From: Holophagales bacterium
GTDB lineage: Bacteria > Acidobacteriota > Thermoanaerobaculia > UBA5066
Direction of reading: 5' to 3'
Length of the DNA stretch: 64,000 bases
Assembly (NCBI GenBank): GCA_016719485.1
Contig: JADJZB010000002.1
Span: forward strand, 262,346 to 326,345
Positions 8,507 to 17,668 of the stretch are shown one piece after another. The notes under the pieces were generated by a model. It saw only the letters and a program-made list of their open reading frames with translations. It was not told the DNA's origin and ran no database searches. The position numbers and the translations under genes were made by a program. Position 1 is the first letter of the stretch; the number at the start of each line of letters is the position of its first letter.

Positions 8507-10009
8507 ATGGACACTTCCAAGTCGGGGGGCGGCTCGCTCTCGGGAGGGACGCTCGAGAAGACGGAATTCGCGGAGGTCCTCCGGTCGGCGTATCACGCGA
8601 GGAAGAACGCGCAGGTCCTCGTCTCGTCGAAGGGGGAGGAACGGAGCTTCTGGTTTCACCGGGGACGGCTCCTCTCCGCGTCGTCGAACCGGGAAGCCCA
8701 GCTCGTCGGGGAGCTGCTCCGGGCGTTCGGGCTCGCCGACGAATCCGTGCTGTTCTCGGCCTTCGAGAAGGCCCTCTCGGATCCGGGCCGTGGACTCGCG
8801 AACGCACTCAGGGATTCCGGGGCGGTCGCTCCCTACATTGCCGACGCCTGCGTCAGGGCGCTCGCGGAGAAGGTCCTCTACTCGACGTTCCAGTGGACGT
8901 CGGGGATGTACACGATCGTGCCGCTCGAAGGTCCACCCGACATCCCCACGGCCTTCGACCAGACGACGGCGACCCTCATCCTCGAAGGCCTTCGCCGGCT
9001 CCCTCCGGTGATCGGCGCTCTCCCGAAGATCGAGCCGAAGGCGCGGCCCCTCCTCGCACCCGATCTCCTGATGCGCTATCAGTACGCGGCCGTCACGCCG
9101 GAAGAGGCCGAGGCGCTCGACGCGGTCGACGGGACGAAGTCCGCGGCCGACGTCTGCCTCGACCTGAGGATCCTCGAGAGGCTCCGGGCGGCGGGCTTCG
9201 TTACCCTGGCCACGAAGGCCTCCCGGCCCGATGAGCCGCCGGCGCCAGGAGGGGTCTGCTTCCTGAACGTCGAGATCGCCGGTACGCCTCCGAGCCCCCG
9301 CATGTCCGAAGCGCTCGAGATGCATGCGCGGCTCGTCTGGAACACGTACCGGCGTCTCGACTGGATCAACGCGTACGAGGTTCTCGGCGTTCCGGAGAAC
9401 GCACAGGACGCCGATCTCCGGCAGGCCGTCCACGAACGGGCCAAGCTCTTCCACCCCGACAACGCCGTACGGGCCACTCTCGGCGACGCATCGGAAGCCC
9501 TCGAAGCGCTCTTCACGAAGGTCAGGGAAGCCGACCGGGCGTTCGCCACCACGGCGGCCCGGGAGGAGTACGACCGCTCGCTGAACCGCGGGACGATGTC
9601 GGCTCCTGTCTCGTTCGGCCAGACCAACCCGGAGGTTCAGCGACAGGTGGCCAAGGCGAACTACCAGCGAGCCCGGACTCTGGTCGAGATGGAGGATTAC
9701 TACCCCGCTTACGAAATGCTCCGGCAGGCGGTGGAGTTCGACCCCGACAGGCCCGAGTACTGGACGTTTCTCGCGAAGGTGCAGGGGCGGAATCCGAAGT
9801 GGGTGCGGCAGGCGACCGAGACCCTCCGCCGCGCCGCCGCCCGTCTTCCCGAAAGCGTAGAGGTCTGGCTGGCTCTCGCAGACGCCTGCGCGAACGAGCG
9901 AAACGAAGTGGAGCGGGTCAAGGCGCTTCGGGAGGTCCTGAAGCTCGATCCGACGAACCGGAAGGCGGCGAAGGCGCTCGCGGAGATCGCGGCGACGAAG
10001 CCTCGCTGA
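8507..10009 (+). CDS. Multidomain protein: N-terminal DUF4388 (PATAN-like), a central J domain (DnaJ), and C-terminal TPR repeats.
   Basis: J-domain with the HPD motif (INAYEVLGVPENAQDADLRQAVHERAKLFHPDN). The N-terminus has a DUF4388-like pattern (VLRSAYHARKNAQVLVSSKGEERSFWFHRGRLLSA). TPR-like helices at the C-terminus. 500 aa. Confidence 0.75.
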   Translation: MDTSKSGGGSLSGGTLEKTEFAEVLRSAYHARKNAQVLVSSKGEERSFWFHRGRLLSASSNREAQLVGELLRAFGLADESVLFSAFEKALSDPGRGLANALRDSGAVAPYIADACVRALAEKVLYSTFQWTSGMYTIVPLEGPPDIPTAFDQTTATLILEGLRRLPPVIGALPKIEPKARPLLAPDLLMRYQYAAVTPEEAEALDAVDGTKSAADVCLDLRILERLRAAGFVTLATKASRPDEPPAPGGVCFLNVEIAGTPPSPRMSEALEMHARLVWNTYRRLDWINAYEVLGVPENAQDADLRQAVHERAKLFHPDNAVRATLGDASEALEALFTKVREADRAFATTAAREEYDRSLNRGTMSAPVSFGQTNPEVQRQVAKANYQRARTLVEMEDYYPAYEMLRQAVEFDPDRPEYWTFLAKVQGRNPKWVRQATETLRRAAARLPESVEVWLALADACANERNEVERVKALREVLKLDPTNRKAAKALAEIAATKPR

Positions 10010-10040
10010 CGAGGGCGCAGGGGACTATCCTCGAAGGACG

Positions 10041-10658
10041 ATGGAGTCTGTCGCTCACTTTGGCACGGGACTTGGTCTCGCGGCCGGAGCGGGCCTGAAC
10101 GCGTACGCCGTCCTGCTCGTCTACGGTGGCATCGCCCGGCTCTTCCCCGAGGACTTTCCGGGCGCCATTGCGCGATTCCTCGCCGAGCCGACGACGCTCG
10201 GGGTCCTCCTCGGGCTCTACCTGCTCGAATTCTTCGCGGACAAGATTCCGGGGCTGGACCACGTGTGGGACGTCATCCACACCGTCGTCCGGCCCGTGGC
10301 CGGGGCGCTCCTGGCCGTCGCTGCGGTGGCCCCCACCTCCGAGACGCCGATGGCGATCCTGGCCGGTGGGGGAGGCGGGGTCACGGCCTTGGCCTCGCAC
10401 CTCGTCAAGGGCACCGTCCGGCTCACGTCGACGGCGCTGACGGCGGGCGTCGCGAACTTCGCGCTGTCGCTCGCCGAGGACGTCCTCGCGGTCCTCCAGG
10501 CGATCGTCTCGATCTTCCTGCCCCTCGTCGCGCTCGTGCTGGCGGTCGCCGTGGCCGGCCTCTTCCTCCTCTGCGTCCCGAAGCTCGCGAGGGGCGTCGA
10601 CCTCTTCGCCAATCGGCGTCGGCGAAAGGTCTCGGAGCCTCAAGACGCCGGCTCGTGA
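10041..10658 (+). CDS. DUF4126-family integral membrane protein.
   Basis: 205 aa, multiple TM helices, Gly/Ala-rich. Good coding periodicity in a high-GC3 frame. Confidence 0.55.
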   Translation: MESVAHFGTGLGLAAGAGLNAYAVLLVYGGIARLFPEDFPGAIARFLAEPTTLGVLLGLYLLEFFADKIPGLDHVWDVIHTVVRPVAGALLAVAAVAPTSETPMAILAGGGGGVTALASHLVKGTVRLTSTALTAGVANFALSLAEDVLAVLQAIVSIFLPLVALVLAVAVAGLFLLCVPKLARGVDLFANRRRRKVSEPQDAGS

Positions 10659-10685
10659 CGCGGGGCGGGGTATCCTCCAGGCGAC

Positions 10686-11088
10686 TCGGGCCGGACGGGT
10701 GATCGTCGCTCGGACGGTTCAACCGTAGCGAGGGGAGGAAAGTCCGGACTCCAGCGAGCAGCGTGCCGGGGAAATCCCGGTCGGGGCAACCCGAAGGAAA
10801 GTGGCACAGAGAACAGACCGCCTCGGTTCCCGCGAGGGGCCGCGGTAAGGGTGAAAAGGTGCGGTAAGAGCGCACCGCGAACCCCGGCAACGGGGTCGGC
10901 AGGCCAAACCCCACGCGGAGCAAGGCCGAATAGGGGAACGGAAGGGGCGCTCGCCCCCGCGCCGCGAGGCGACGTTTCCGGGTAGGCTGCTCGAGCCCCG
11001 CCGAGAGGCGCGGGCCGAGAGGAATGATCGCCGGCCGGAAGGCGCGAGCCGACCGGTCACAGAATCCGGCTTACAGTCCGGCCCGAGT
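10686..11088 (+). ncRNA. rnpB: RNase P RNA, bacterial type A.
   Basis: Universal P4/CR-I element GGAAAGTCCGGACTCC, CR-II/III block AGGGTGAAAAGGTGCGGTAAGAGCGCACC, CR-V ACAGAATCCGGCTTA, and a P1 helix pairing CTCGGGCCGGAC (10686-10697) with GTCCGGCCCGAG (11077-11088). Confidence 0.85.
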
Positions 11089-11160
<72 letters not shown>

Positions 11161-11248
11161 GGTCCGGCCCGAGTCATTTTTTCGAGGACAAATGGGGGGG
11201 TGCCGGGGGGGGCGTGCGGGCAGGTCTGCCTTGCCTCAAAATGCAGGC

Positions 11249-11701
11249 GTGGCCGAGCTCATCGACGGGAACAACCTCCTCGGCCAGAGGGGCATCACGC
11301 GGGAGACCCTGCTGCGGGAGCTGGCGGATCTGGCACGGGCCAAGAGAAGGAAGCTCACGGTCGTCTTCGATGGTCCTCCGGACCACGGCCGACCGAAGGT
11401 GCAGCTGCTCGGGGACGTCACGGTCGTCCACGCGGCGCCCCGAAGCGCCGACGAGGAGATCGTCCGCAGGGTGCGCGAAGCGCGCGACCCGCGGGGCGTG
11501 ACCGTCGTGACCGACGATCGCGTCCTGTGCGAGTCCGTCGATGCCGCGGGGGGACGCACGCTGGCGGTGGCCGTGTTCCGGCAGGCCGGGTCACAGAGAC
11601 TGACGAAGAAGGCCGCCGAAGGCGAGGACAAGAGGGATCCGGGGGGGAACGCCTCCGACTGGGCCCGCTGGTTCAGCGACCCGAGGAACCGGATCGGGTG
11701 A
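11249..11701 (+). CDS. NYN-domain (YacP/Rae1-like) predicted ribonuclease.
   Basis: LIDGNNLLGQ... followed by DG/D-rich PIN-like motifs (VVFDG, VTVVTDDRVL). GTG start, chosen to exclude the upstream poly-G-derived translation. Its stop overlaps the downstream gene start (GTGA). Confidence 0.6.
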   Translation: MAELIDGNNLLGQRGITRETLLRELADLARAKRRKLTVVFDGPPDHGRPKVQLLGDVTVVHAAPRSADEEIVRRVREARDPRGVTVVTDDRVLCESVDAAGGRTLAVAVFRQAGSQRLTKKAAEGEDKRDPGGNASDWARWFSDPRNRIG

Positions 11702-12633
11702 GCGGTCCGCTCCGGCGTCCCCGGCGGCTCGCACCGGGTGCGCTCGTCGGGGTCGCAGCGCTCTCCGGGCCGGTCCGCGAGGAAGACCTCGCGGCAGGCG
11801 TTGCCACGCTCGAGTCGTTCGGGTACCGGGTGCGACTCGCCTCGAACGTCCTCTCGCGAGAGCCGCTCCTCGGTCTCGCGGGAGACGACGACGCCCGCCT
11901 CGCCGGATATCTGGCTCTCGTCTCGGATCCCGAGGTCGACGCGGTTCTCTTCGCGCGGGGAGGGTACGGTGTGACGCGCCTCCTCGGCCGCCTTCCGGAG
12001 GCGCTGCTGCGCGAAACCGCGAAGCTCCACTGCGGCTTCTCGGACCTCACGGCACTGTCGGCCTTCCTCAGGGAGCGGTGCGGGCTCCTCTCGATCCACG
12101 GGCCGATGGTGGCCGCCGACCTTGCGACGGCCCTCGACCCGCTCACGGCGGACTGGTTCCCGGCCCTCCTCGAAGCGCGGGCGCCACAGCGCCTCGAGGT
12201 CCCGTCCGCCGACGTTCTCGTCCCGGGCAGAGCGGAGGGGCCGCTCGTCGGGGGATGCCTGTCCCTGCTCGCCGCCCTCGCCGGGACGCCGTGGGAATAC
12301 GATTTCCGCGGGGCGCTTCTCTTCATCGAGGAGGTGGGAGAGGAGGCCTACCGGGTCGACCGGATGCTCGGCACCCTCCTTTCATCCGGGCGCCTGGACG
12401 GATTGGCCGGTATCATGGCGGGCTCGATGACACGTGTGACGTTCGGAGGCGTGGAGGATCCGGAGCGGCTCCGGAGGCTCCTCCTCGACCGGTTCGCCCC
12501 GCTCGGGGTACCGGTCGCCATCGGCCTCCCCTTCGGTCACGCGGGCCCGAACGTCCCGCTGCCCGTCGGTGCCCGGGCCGCGTGGGACGGCGGGACCCGA
12601 ACGCTCGTCCTCGAGGAGGAGTTCCTCTCGTGA
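11698..12633 (+). CDS. LD-carboxypeptidase (peptidase S66, LdcA/MccF family).
   Basis: LAPGALVGVAALSGPV N-terminus, GYLALVSDPEVDAVLFARGGYGVTRLL, and the catalytic Ser/His/Glu regions (LLFIEEVGEEAYRVDRML, GLPFGHAG). GTG start with a GTGA overlap. Confidence 0.8.
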   Translation: MSGPLRRPRRLAPGALVGVAALSGPVREEDLAAGVATLESFGYRVRLASNVLSREPLLGLAGDDDARLAGYLALVSDPEVDAVLFARGGYGVTRLLGRLPEALLRETAKLHCGFSDLTALSAFLRERCGLLSIHGPMVAADLATALDPLTADWFPALLEARAPQRLEVPSADVLVPGRAEGPLVGGCLSLLAALAGTPWEYDFRGALLFIEEVGEEAYRVDRMLGTLLSSGRLDGLAGIMAGSMTRVTFGGVEDPERLRRLLLDRFAPLGVPVAIGLPFGHAGPNVPLPVGARAAWDGGTRTLVLEEEFLS

Positions 12634-13412
12634 AAGTCGTGCTGAAGTCGGGCGGCGGCGCCGCGAGTTTCGAGGACTACATCGTGAAGCTCCCTCCGGG
12701 CGAGAAGGTCTTCTCCGAGGGAGACGTCGGAACGGAGATGTACGTCATCCAGTCGGGATCGATCGAGATCGCCAAGCGGGTGAAGGACGAGATGAAAACG
12801 CTCTCCGTCCTCGAGAAGGGGGACTTCTTCGGCGAGATGTCGATCCTGGAGGACGTTCCCCGGACGGCGGACGCGATCGCCCGTACCGACGTGGAGCTCG
12901 TGAGGATCAACCAGTCGACGTTCGACGAGATGCTCCGGCACAACGGCGAGATCGCGGTCCGGATGCTTCGCAAGCTCTCGCGCCGGCTGCGGGAGACGAC
13001 GGCGCTCCTCGAGCAGACGACGGGCGTCGCTCCGGCGCTCGACGAGTCGTCGGACTTCTTCGAGCGCGTCGGCACGCGCGACGAGATCTACCGGCTCGTG
13101 GCCGACGGGAACGTCGAGGAGTTCTACCTGAACCGCGAAGGGGAGACGCTGGTCGGCCGCATCGACCCGGTGACCGGGATCCGTCCCGACGTCGACCTGA
13201 CGAACCTCGACGGTCCGCGTTCCGTCTCCCGGCGGCACGCGAAGATCATCCGTCCGGAGGGGGAGTTCCAGGTCATCGAGGAGATCGGGACGATGAACGG
13301 GACGTTCGTGAACGGGAAGCGCATCGCCACGGGCTCCCCGACGTCGCTCCACGACGGCGACCGGCTCCGGTTCGGCCTCGTCGACCTGACCTTCCGCGTC
13401 ACGCGGGGCTGA
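12630..13412 (+). CDS. Cyclic-nucleotide-binding (cNMP) domain protein with a C-terminal FHA domain.
   Basis: cNMP-binding signature (GDFFGEMSILEDVPRTADAIARTDVELVRI). FHA signature (VSRRHAKI..., TMNGTFVNGKRIATGSPTSLHDGDRLRFG). GTG start overlaps the preceding stop. Confidence 0.75.
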   Translation: MKVVLKSGGGAASFEDYIVKLPPGEKVFSEGDVGTEMYVIQSGSIEIAKRVKDEMKTLSVLEKGDFFGEMSILEDVPRTADAIARTDVELVRINQSTFDEMLRHNGEIAVRMLRKLSRRLRETTALLEQTTGVAPALDESSDFFERVGTRDEIYRLVADGNVEEFYLNREGETLVGRIDPVTGIRPDVDLTNLDGPRSVSRRHAKIIRPEGEFQVIEEIGTMNGTFVNGKRIATGSPTSLHDGDRLRFGLVDLTFRVTRG

Positions 13413-13415
13413 GGA

Positions 13416-15521
13416 GTGCCGCGCGTCGGGCGCGGCCGGGAACCGCTCTCCCTGGATTCGCCCCTCGCCGGGACGGTCGGCATCGGGCCGGCGAGGGCTC
13501 GCGCCCTCGCGGACGCGGGCCTGGCGAACGTGCTCGACCTTCTCCTCGAGCTCCCGCTGCGCCACGAGGACCGGGCGCGCTTCGCGAGCGTCGCGGACCT
13601 CGTGCCGGGGGGTCCTCCACTCACGCTGTCCGGAACGGTGGTCGACGCCCGGCTCGTCCGGACCCGGCGCCGCGGATTCTCGATCACCGAAGCCACGCTC
13701 GAGGACGGGAGCGGCTCGGTCGGGCTCGTCTTCTACAACCAGCCCTGGCTGGCGCGGTGGCTGACCCAGGGCCTCAGGGTCTTCGTTCACGGCCGGGCGG
13801 TGATGAAGCGGCGCGTCGTCCTCGAGGCGCCTTACGTCGAGCCGGAACCGCAGGACGAGGCCGACGCCGCGCTTTCGGTCGGGCGCGTCGTCCCGGTCTA
13901 CAGGTCCCTTCCGGGCCTTCCGCCGCGCGTGCGTCGGCGGCTGGTCGCCCGGGCCCTGGAAGAAGCGGCTCCCGGGATTCCGGAGAGGCTTCCGGCCGAG
14001 GTCGTCCGGCTGCTGGGCCTCCCTCCCGTGGTCGCGTCGCTGAGAGAGGCCCACTTCCCTGGGAGCGCGGGCGGTTCGCCGGACCCGCGGCCCTGGATCG
14101 ACCGGACCTCGCCGCACCTGAAGAGGCTCGCGCTCGAGGAGCTTCTCGAGTTCCAGGTGGCCCTCGCCCGGCGGCGGCGGGAGCGCGCACGGCGCCCCGC
14201 GCCGAGAATCGAGCCGGACGCCGCCATGAGGCGCCGGCTCGCGGCGATCCTGCCGTTCCCGCTGACGGACGCGCAGAAGCAGGTGATCCGGGAGATCGGC
14301 GCCGACCTCAGGTCCGGACACCCGATGGCCCGCCTCCTCCAGGGGGACGTCGGGAGCGGAAAGACGATCGTCGCGGTCCTGACGGCGGTCCTGGCCGCGG
14401 GGCGGGGCTTCCAGACCGCGCTGATGGCCCCGACGACGATTCTCGCCGAGCAGCACGCGGAGACGGTCTTCCGCCTCCTCGCCGGCTCGGGCGTGACGCC
14501 GGCCCTCCTGACGGCGAGGGTCACGGGCCGGCCGAGAGCCGCCCTGCTGGCGGCCCTGGCGGAGGGGGAGATCGCACTCCTCGTCGGGACGCACGCTCTC
14601 ATCGAGAAGCCGGTCGCGTTTCAGAGGCTCGGGCTGGTGGTCGTGGACGAACAGCACCGGTTCGGGGTCGCACAGCGGGCCGCGCTCCCGGCACGCGTCG
14701 CGCCGAACGGCCTTCACCCCCATGTCCTCGTCCTCTCGGCGACGCCGATCCCGCGCTCCCTCGCGCTCGCGCTCCACGGCGACCTCGACGTCTCCACCCT
14801 CACCCAGAAGCCGCCCGGGAGGACTCCCATCCTCACGAAAGTCTTCGGAGAGGAGGGACGCGAGGAGGCGTACCGGGCGCTCGCGGGCGAGCTGGAGTCG
14901 GGAGGACGGGGCTACGTCGTCGTGCCCCTCGTCGAGGACTCGGAGACGATCGATGCCCGGGCCGTCGCCTCCTGGACCGACGAGGTGGCCCGGCGCCTCC
15001 CGGGCCGCCGCGTGGGAGCGGTTCACGGAAAGATGCGCGCGGAGGCTCGCGAGAAGGCGATGCGTCAATTCGCCGCGGGTGAACTGGACGTCCTCGTCGC
15101 GACGACGGTCGTCGAAGTCGGGATCGACGTGCCGGAGGCCTCGTTTCTCCTCGTCGAGAACGCCGACCGGTTCGGCCTCGCCCAGCTCCACCAGCTTCGA
15201 GGCAGGATCGGCAGGGGAGCCCGGCCCTCGACGTGCATCCTGCTCCAGGGAGAGGGGGCCTCCACCGCGGCGCTCTCGCGCCTCTCCATCCTCGTCCGGA
15301 CCGACGACGGATTCGCCGTGGCGGAGGAGGATCTCCGCCTGCGGGGCCCCGGAGAAGCCCTCGGCACCAGGCAGAGCGGTCTCCCGGAGTTCCGCGTCGC
15401 CGACCCGTTCTCCGATCTGGACCTCCTCGCGAAAGCGCGGGAGCTGGCTCTGCGGCTCGAGGACGAGGGAACGACAGGGCCCTTCGAGAAGGCGCTCTTT
15501 CTCCGGTCCGCCCGCCGCTGA
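13416..15521 (+). CDS. recG: ATP-dependent DNA helicase RecG.
   Basis: Wedge/OB N-terminus, the helicase motifs (LLQGDVGSGKT, DEQHRFGV, VLSATPIPRSLA) and the C-terminal TRG motif. 701 aa. Confidence 0.9.
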   Translation: MPRVGRGREPLSLDSPLAGTVGIGPARARALADAGLANVLDLLLELPLRHEDRARFASVADLVPGGPPLTLSGTVVDARLVRTRRRGFSITEATLEDGSGSVGLVFYNQPWLARWLTQGLRVFVHGRAVMKRRVVLEAPYVEPEPQDEADAALSVGRVVPVYRSLPGLPPRVRRRLVARALEEAAPGIPERLPAEVVRLLGLPPVVASLREAHFPGSAGGSPDPRPWIDRTSPHLKRLALEELLEFQVALARRRRERARRPAPRIEPDAAMRRRLAAILPFPLTDAQKQVIREIGADLRSGHPMARLLQGDVGSGKTIVAVLTAVLAAGRGFQTALMAPTTILAEQHAETVFRLLAGSGVTPALLTARVTGRPRAALLAALAEGEIALLVGTHALIEKPVAFQRLGLVVVDEQHRFGVAQRAALPARVAPNGLHPHVLVLSATPIPRSLALALHGDLDVSTLTQKPPGRTPILTKVFGEEGREEAYRALAGELESGGRGYVVVPLVEDSETIDARAVASWTDEVARRLPGRRVGAVHGKMRAEAREKAMRQFAAGELDVLVATTVVEVGIDVPEASFLLVENADRFGLAQLHQLRGRIGRGARPSTCILLQGEGASTAALSRLSILVRTDDGFAVAEEDLRLRGPGEALGTRQSGLPEFRVADPFSDLDLLAKARELALRLEDEGTTGPFEKALFLRSARR

Positions 15522-15547
15522 CCGCGTCCCTGTGGCATCCTCGGCGC

Positions 15548-15922
15548 GTGGAGGTTTCCCTCGAGACCGACGGGGCGATCGCGGCGCTCAGGGTGCGCGG
15601 AGACGTGACGCTGACGGAAGCGTCGACGATCACCGAGTACCTGCGCGTGGCGCGCGAGAACGGCGCGCTCCGCTGCGTCGTCGACCTCTCGGCCTGCACG
15701 TCCCTCCCAACGACGATCGTCGCCGTCCTGATGCGGGAACAAGGTCGCTTCGCGACCGCCGGGGGGACGCTCACGTTGTCCGGTGTCGGCGACCAGAACC
15801 CGTTCCTCGCGCAGAGCGTGGCGTCCGGCCGGTTCGGCCACTACCGTTCGGCGGAAGAGGGTATCGCCGCAGAGCGCCGTGCGATCGAAGCGTCGATTGA
15901 CGCCCCCGGGGGCGGCACGTAG
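15548..15922 (+). CDS. STAS-domain protein (anti-sigma-factor antagonist-like).
   Basis: SpoIIAA-like pattern (VEVSLETDGAIAALRVRGDVTLTEASTITEYLR...VVDLSACTSLPTTIVAVLM). The start is an uncertain GTG. Confidence 0.55.
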   Translation: MEVSLETDGAIAALRVRGDVTLTEASTITEYLRVARENGALRCVVDLSACTSLPTTIVAVLMREQGRFATAGGTLTLSGVGDQNPFLAQSVASGRFGHYRSAEEGIAAERRAIEASIDAPGGGT

Positions 15923-15949
15923 CATCGGGCGTTTTCGGAAATCCCTGCC

Positions 15950-16624
15950 GTGCCCGACGCACCCATCTCCCCCGACAAGGTCCTCGAGATCGTCATCCAG
16001 GTGGCCGTCCTCCTGTTCGCGGTCTCCGTGCACGAATCCGCCCACGGCTGGGTGGCGCTGCGCTGCGGGGACACGACGGCCCGGGACCTCGGGCGGATCA
16101 CGCTCAACCCGGTGAAGCACCTCGACCCGTTCGGAAGTCTCCTGGTGCCGGCGCTGCTCGCCTTCTCGGGCGCCCCGATCTTCGGGTGGGCCAAGCCGGT
16201 TCCCGTCTCCCTCCGGGGTGTACCGAACCCGCGCCGGGCGAACCTCCTCGTGTCGGCCGCGGGCCCCGTCTCGAACTTCGCCGTCGCCATCCTCGGCGGA
16301 GTCGCCTTCTTCGTCCTGCGGGCGATCGCGCCGGCCGGTCCCGGGCTACGCGACTCCTTCTTCTACCCGCTTCTCCTCGTGGCGCTCTACACCGTCGCGG
16401 TGAACGTCTCCCTCGGCCTCTTCAACCTGCTCCCGATCCCCCCGCTCGACGGCTTCGGCGTCGTGGAGAGCTTCGCTCCCGCCCGGTGGATCCGCGGGGT
16501 GATGTTCGTGCGGCGTTACGGTTTCATCCTCCTCGTCGTGGCGATCTTCACCGGAGGCCTTTCGGCCGTCCTGGGGCCGCCGCAGAGGTTCCTGTTCCAG
16601 CTCCTTCTCGGAGGTCCCTCGTGA
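15950..16624 (+). CDS. Site-2 protease family (peptidase M50) membrane metalloprotease.
   Basis: HExxH motif (VHESAHGWVA), the conserved NLLPIPPLDG motif, and multiple TM segments. Confidence 0.75.
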   Translation: MPDAPISPDKVLEIVIQVAVLLFAVSVHESAHGWVALRCGDTTARDLGRITLNPVKHLDPFGSLLVPALLAFSGAPIFGWAKPVPVSLRGVPNPRRANLLVSAAGPVSNFAVAILGGVAFFVLRAIAPAGPGLRDSFFYPLLLVALYTVAVNVSLGLFNLLPIPPLDGFGVVESFAPARWIRGVMFVRRYGFILLVVAIFTGGLSAVLGPPQRFLFQLLLGGPS

Positions 16625-17616
16625 GCGAACCGGCGAAGAAGATCGTCCTCTCGGGCCTGCGCCCGACGGGCCGGGTCCACCTCGGCAACTACTGGGGCGC
16701 GGTGAAGAACTGGGTCGACCTTCAGGACCAGTACGACTGCCGGTACTTCGTGGCCGACCTGCACGCCCTGACGACCGACTACGCCGACACGTCGGCGATC
16801 CGCGAGTCGACGATCGAGGCCGTGACGGACTGGCTCTCGGTGGGCCTCGACCCGGAGAAGGCCGTGGTCTTCGTGCAGTCGCAGGTGCCGCAGACGGCGG
16901 AGCTGGCGCTCATCTTCGGGATGATCACGCCGCTCGGCTGGCTGGAGCGGGTGCCCACCTACAAGGAGCAGCTCCAGGAGCTGCGGGAGAAGGAGCTCGG
17001 GACTTTCGGGTTCCTCGGCTACCCGGTCCTCATGACGGCGGACATCGCCCTCTACCGCGGCCACTACGTCCCGGTCGGGAAGGACCAGGAGAGCCACCTC
17101 GAGATCTGCCGCGAGATCGTCCGCCGCTTCAACGGGATGTACGGAGAGGTATTCCCCGAGCCTCAGGCGCTCTTCACGGCGACCCCGAAGGTCCCGGGCC
17201 TGGACGGTCGGAAGATGTCGAAGAGCTACGGGAACACGATCGCCCTCTCCGATTCGGCCGAAGACGTGAAGACGAAGGTCATGTCGATGGTCACCGACCC
17301 GAAGCGTGCACGCCGCACGGATGCCGGGGACCCCGCCACCTGCAATCTCTTCCCGTTCCACCTCCTCTATTCGCCGAAGGAGGAGATCGCCCAGGTGGAC
17401 GAAGAGTGCCGCGCCGCGACCCGTGGCTGCGTCGACTGCAAGAAGCACCTCATCCGGAACATGAACACGGCGCTCGAGCCCGTTCGCGCGAAGCGGGAAG
17501 AGATCACCGCGAAGCCGGGATTCGTCCGTGAGGTCCTCCAGGAGGGCGGCGCGAGGGCGCGGGCCCTCGCCTCCTCCACGATGCAGGACGTCGCCGACGC
17601 CATGAAGCTCCTCTGA
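16621..17616 (+). CDS. trpS: Tryptophan--tRNA ligase.
   Basis: Class I aaRS motifs: HIGH-like (PTGRVHLGNYWGA) and KMSKS (GRKMSKSYGN). GTG start overlaps the M50 stop (GTGA). Confidence 0.9.
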   Translation: MSEPAKKIVLSGLRPTGRVHLGNYWGAVKNWVDLQDQYDCRYFVADLHALTTDYADTSAIRESTIEAVTDWLSVGLDPEKAVVFVQSQVPQTAELALIFGMITPLGWLERVPTYKEQLQELREKELGTFGFLGYPVLMTADIALYRGHYVPVGKDQESHLEICREIVRRFNGMYGEVFPEPQALFTATPKVPGLDGRKMSKSYGNTIALSDSAEDVKTKVMSMVTDPKRARRTDAGDPATCNLFPFHLLYSPKEEIAQVDEECRAATRGCVDCKKHLIRNMNTALEPVRAKREEITAKPGFVREVLQEGGARARALASSTMQDVADAMKLL

Positions 17617-17668
17617 TGACGTCCCTTCGCTCGGCGCACGCGCACCATCGGAAGCCGCGCGCCGCGGC

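Noticed and set aside
6590-9454. 954-aa ORF on the minus strand.
   Set aside because: It is antisense to uvrC and the DnaJ/TPR gene. Its translation is low-complexity Arg/Pro/Gly-rich with no domain signal. It is a typical spurious long antisense ORF of a high-GC genome.
12537-15191. 884-aa minus-strand ORF and 837-aa alternative-frame plus-strand ORF (12569..15082).
   Set aside because: Both overlap recG and the cNMP/FHA gene and translate to low-complexity RG/RP-rich sequence. recG is in the real frame.
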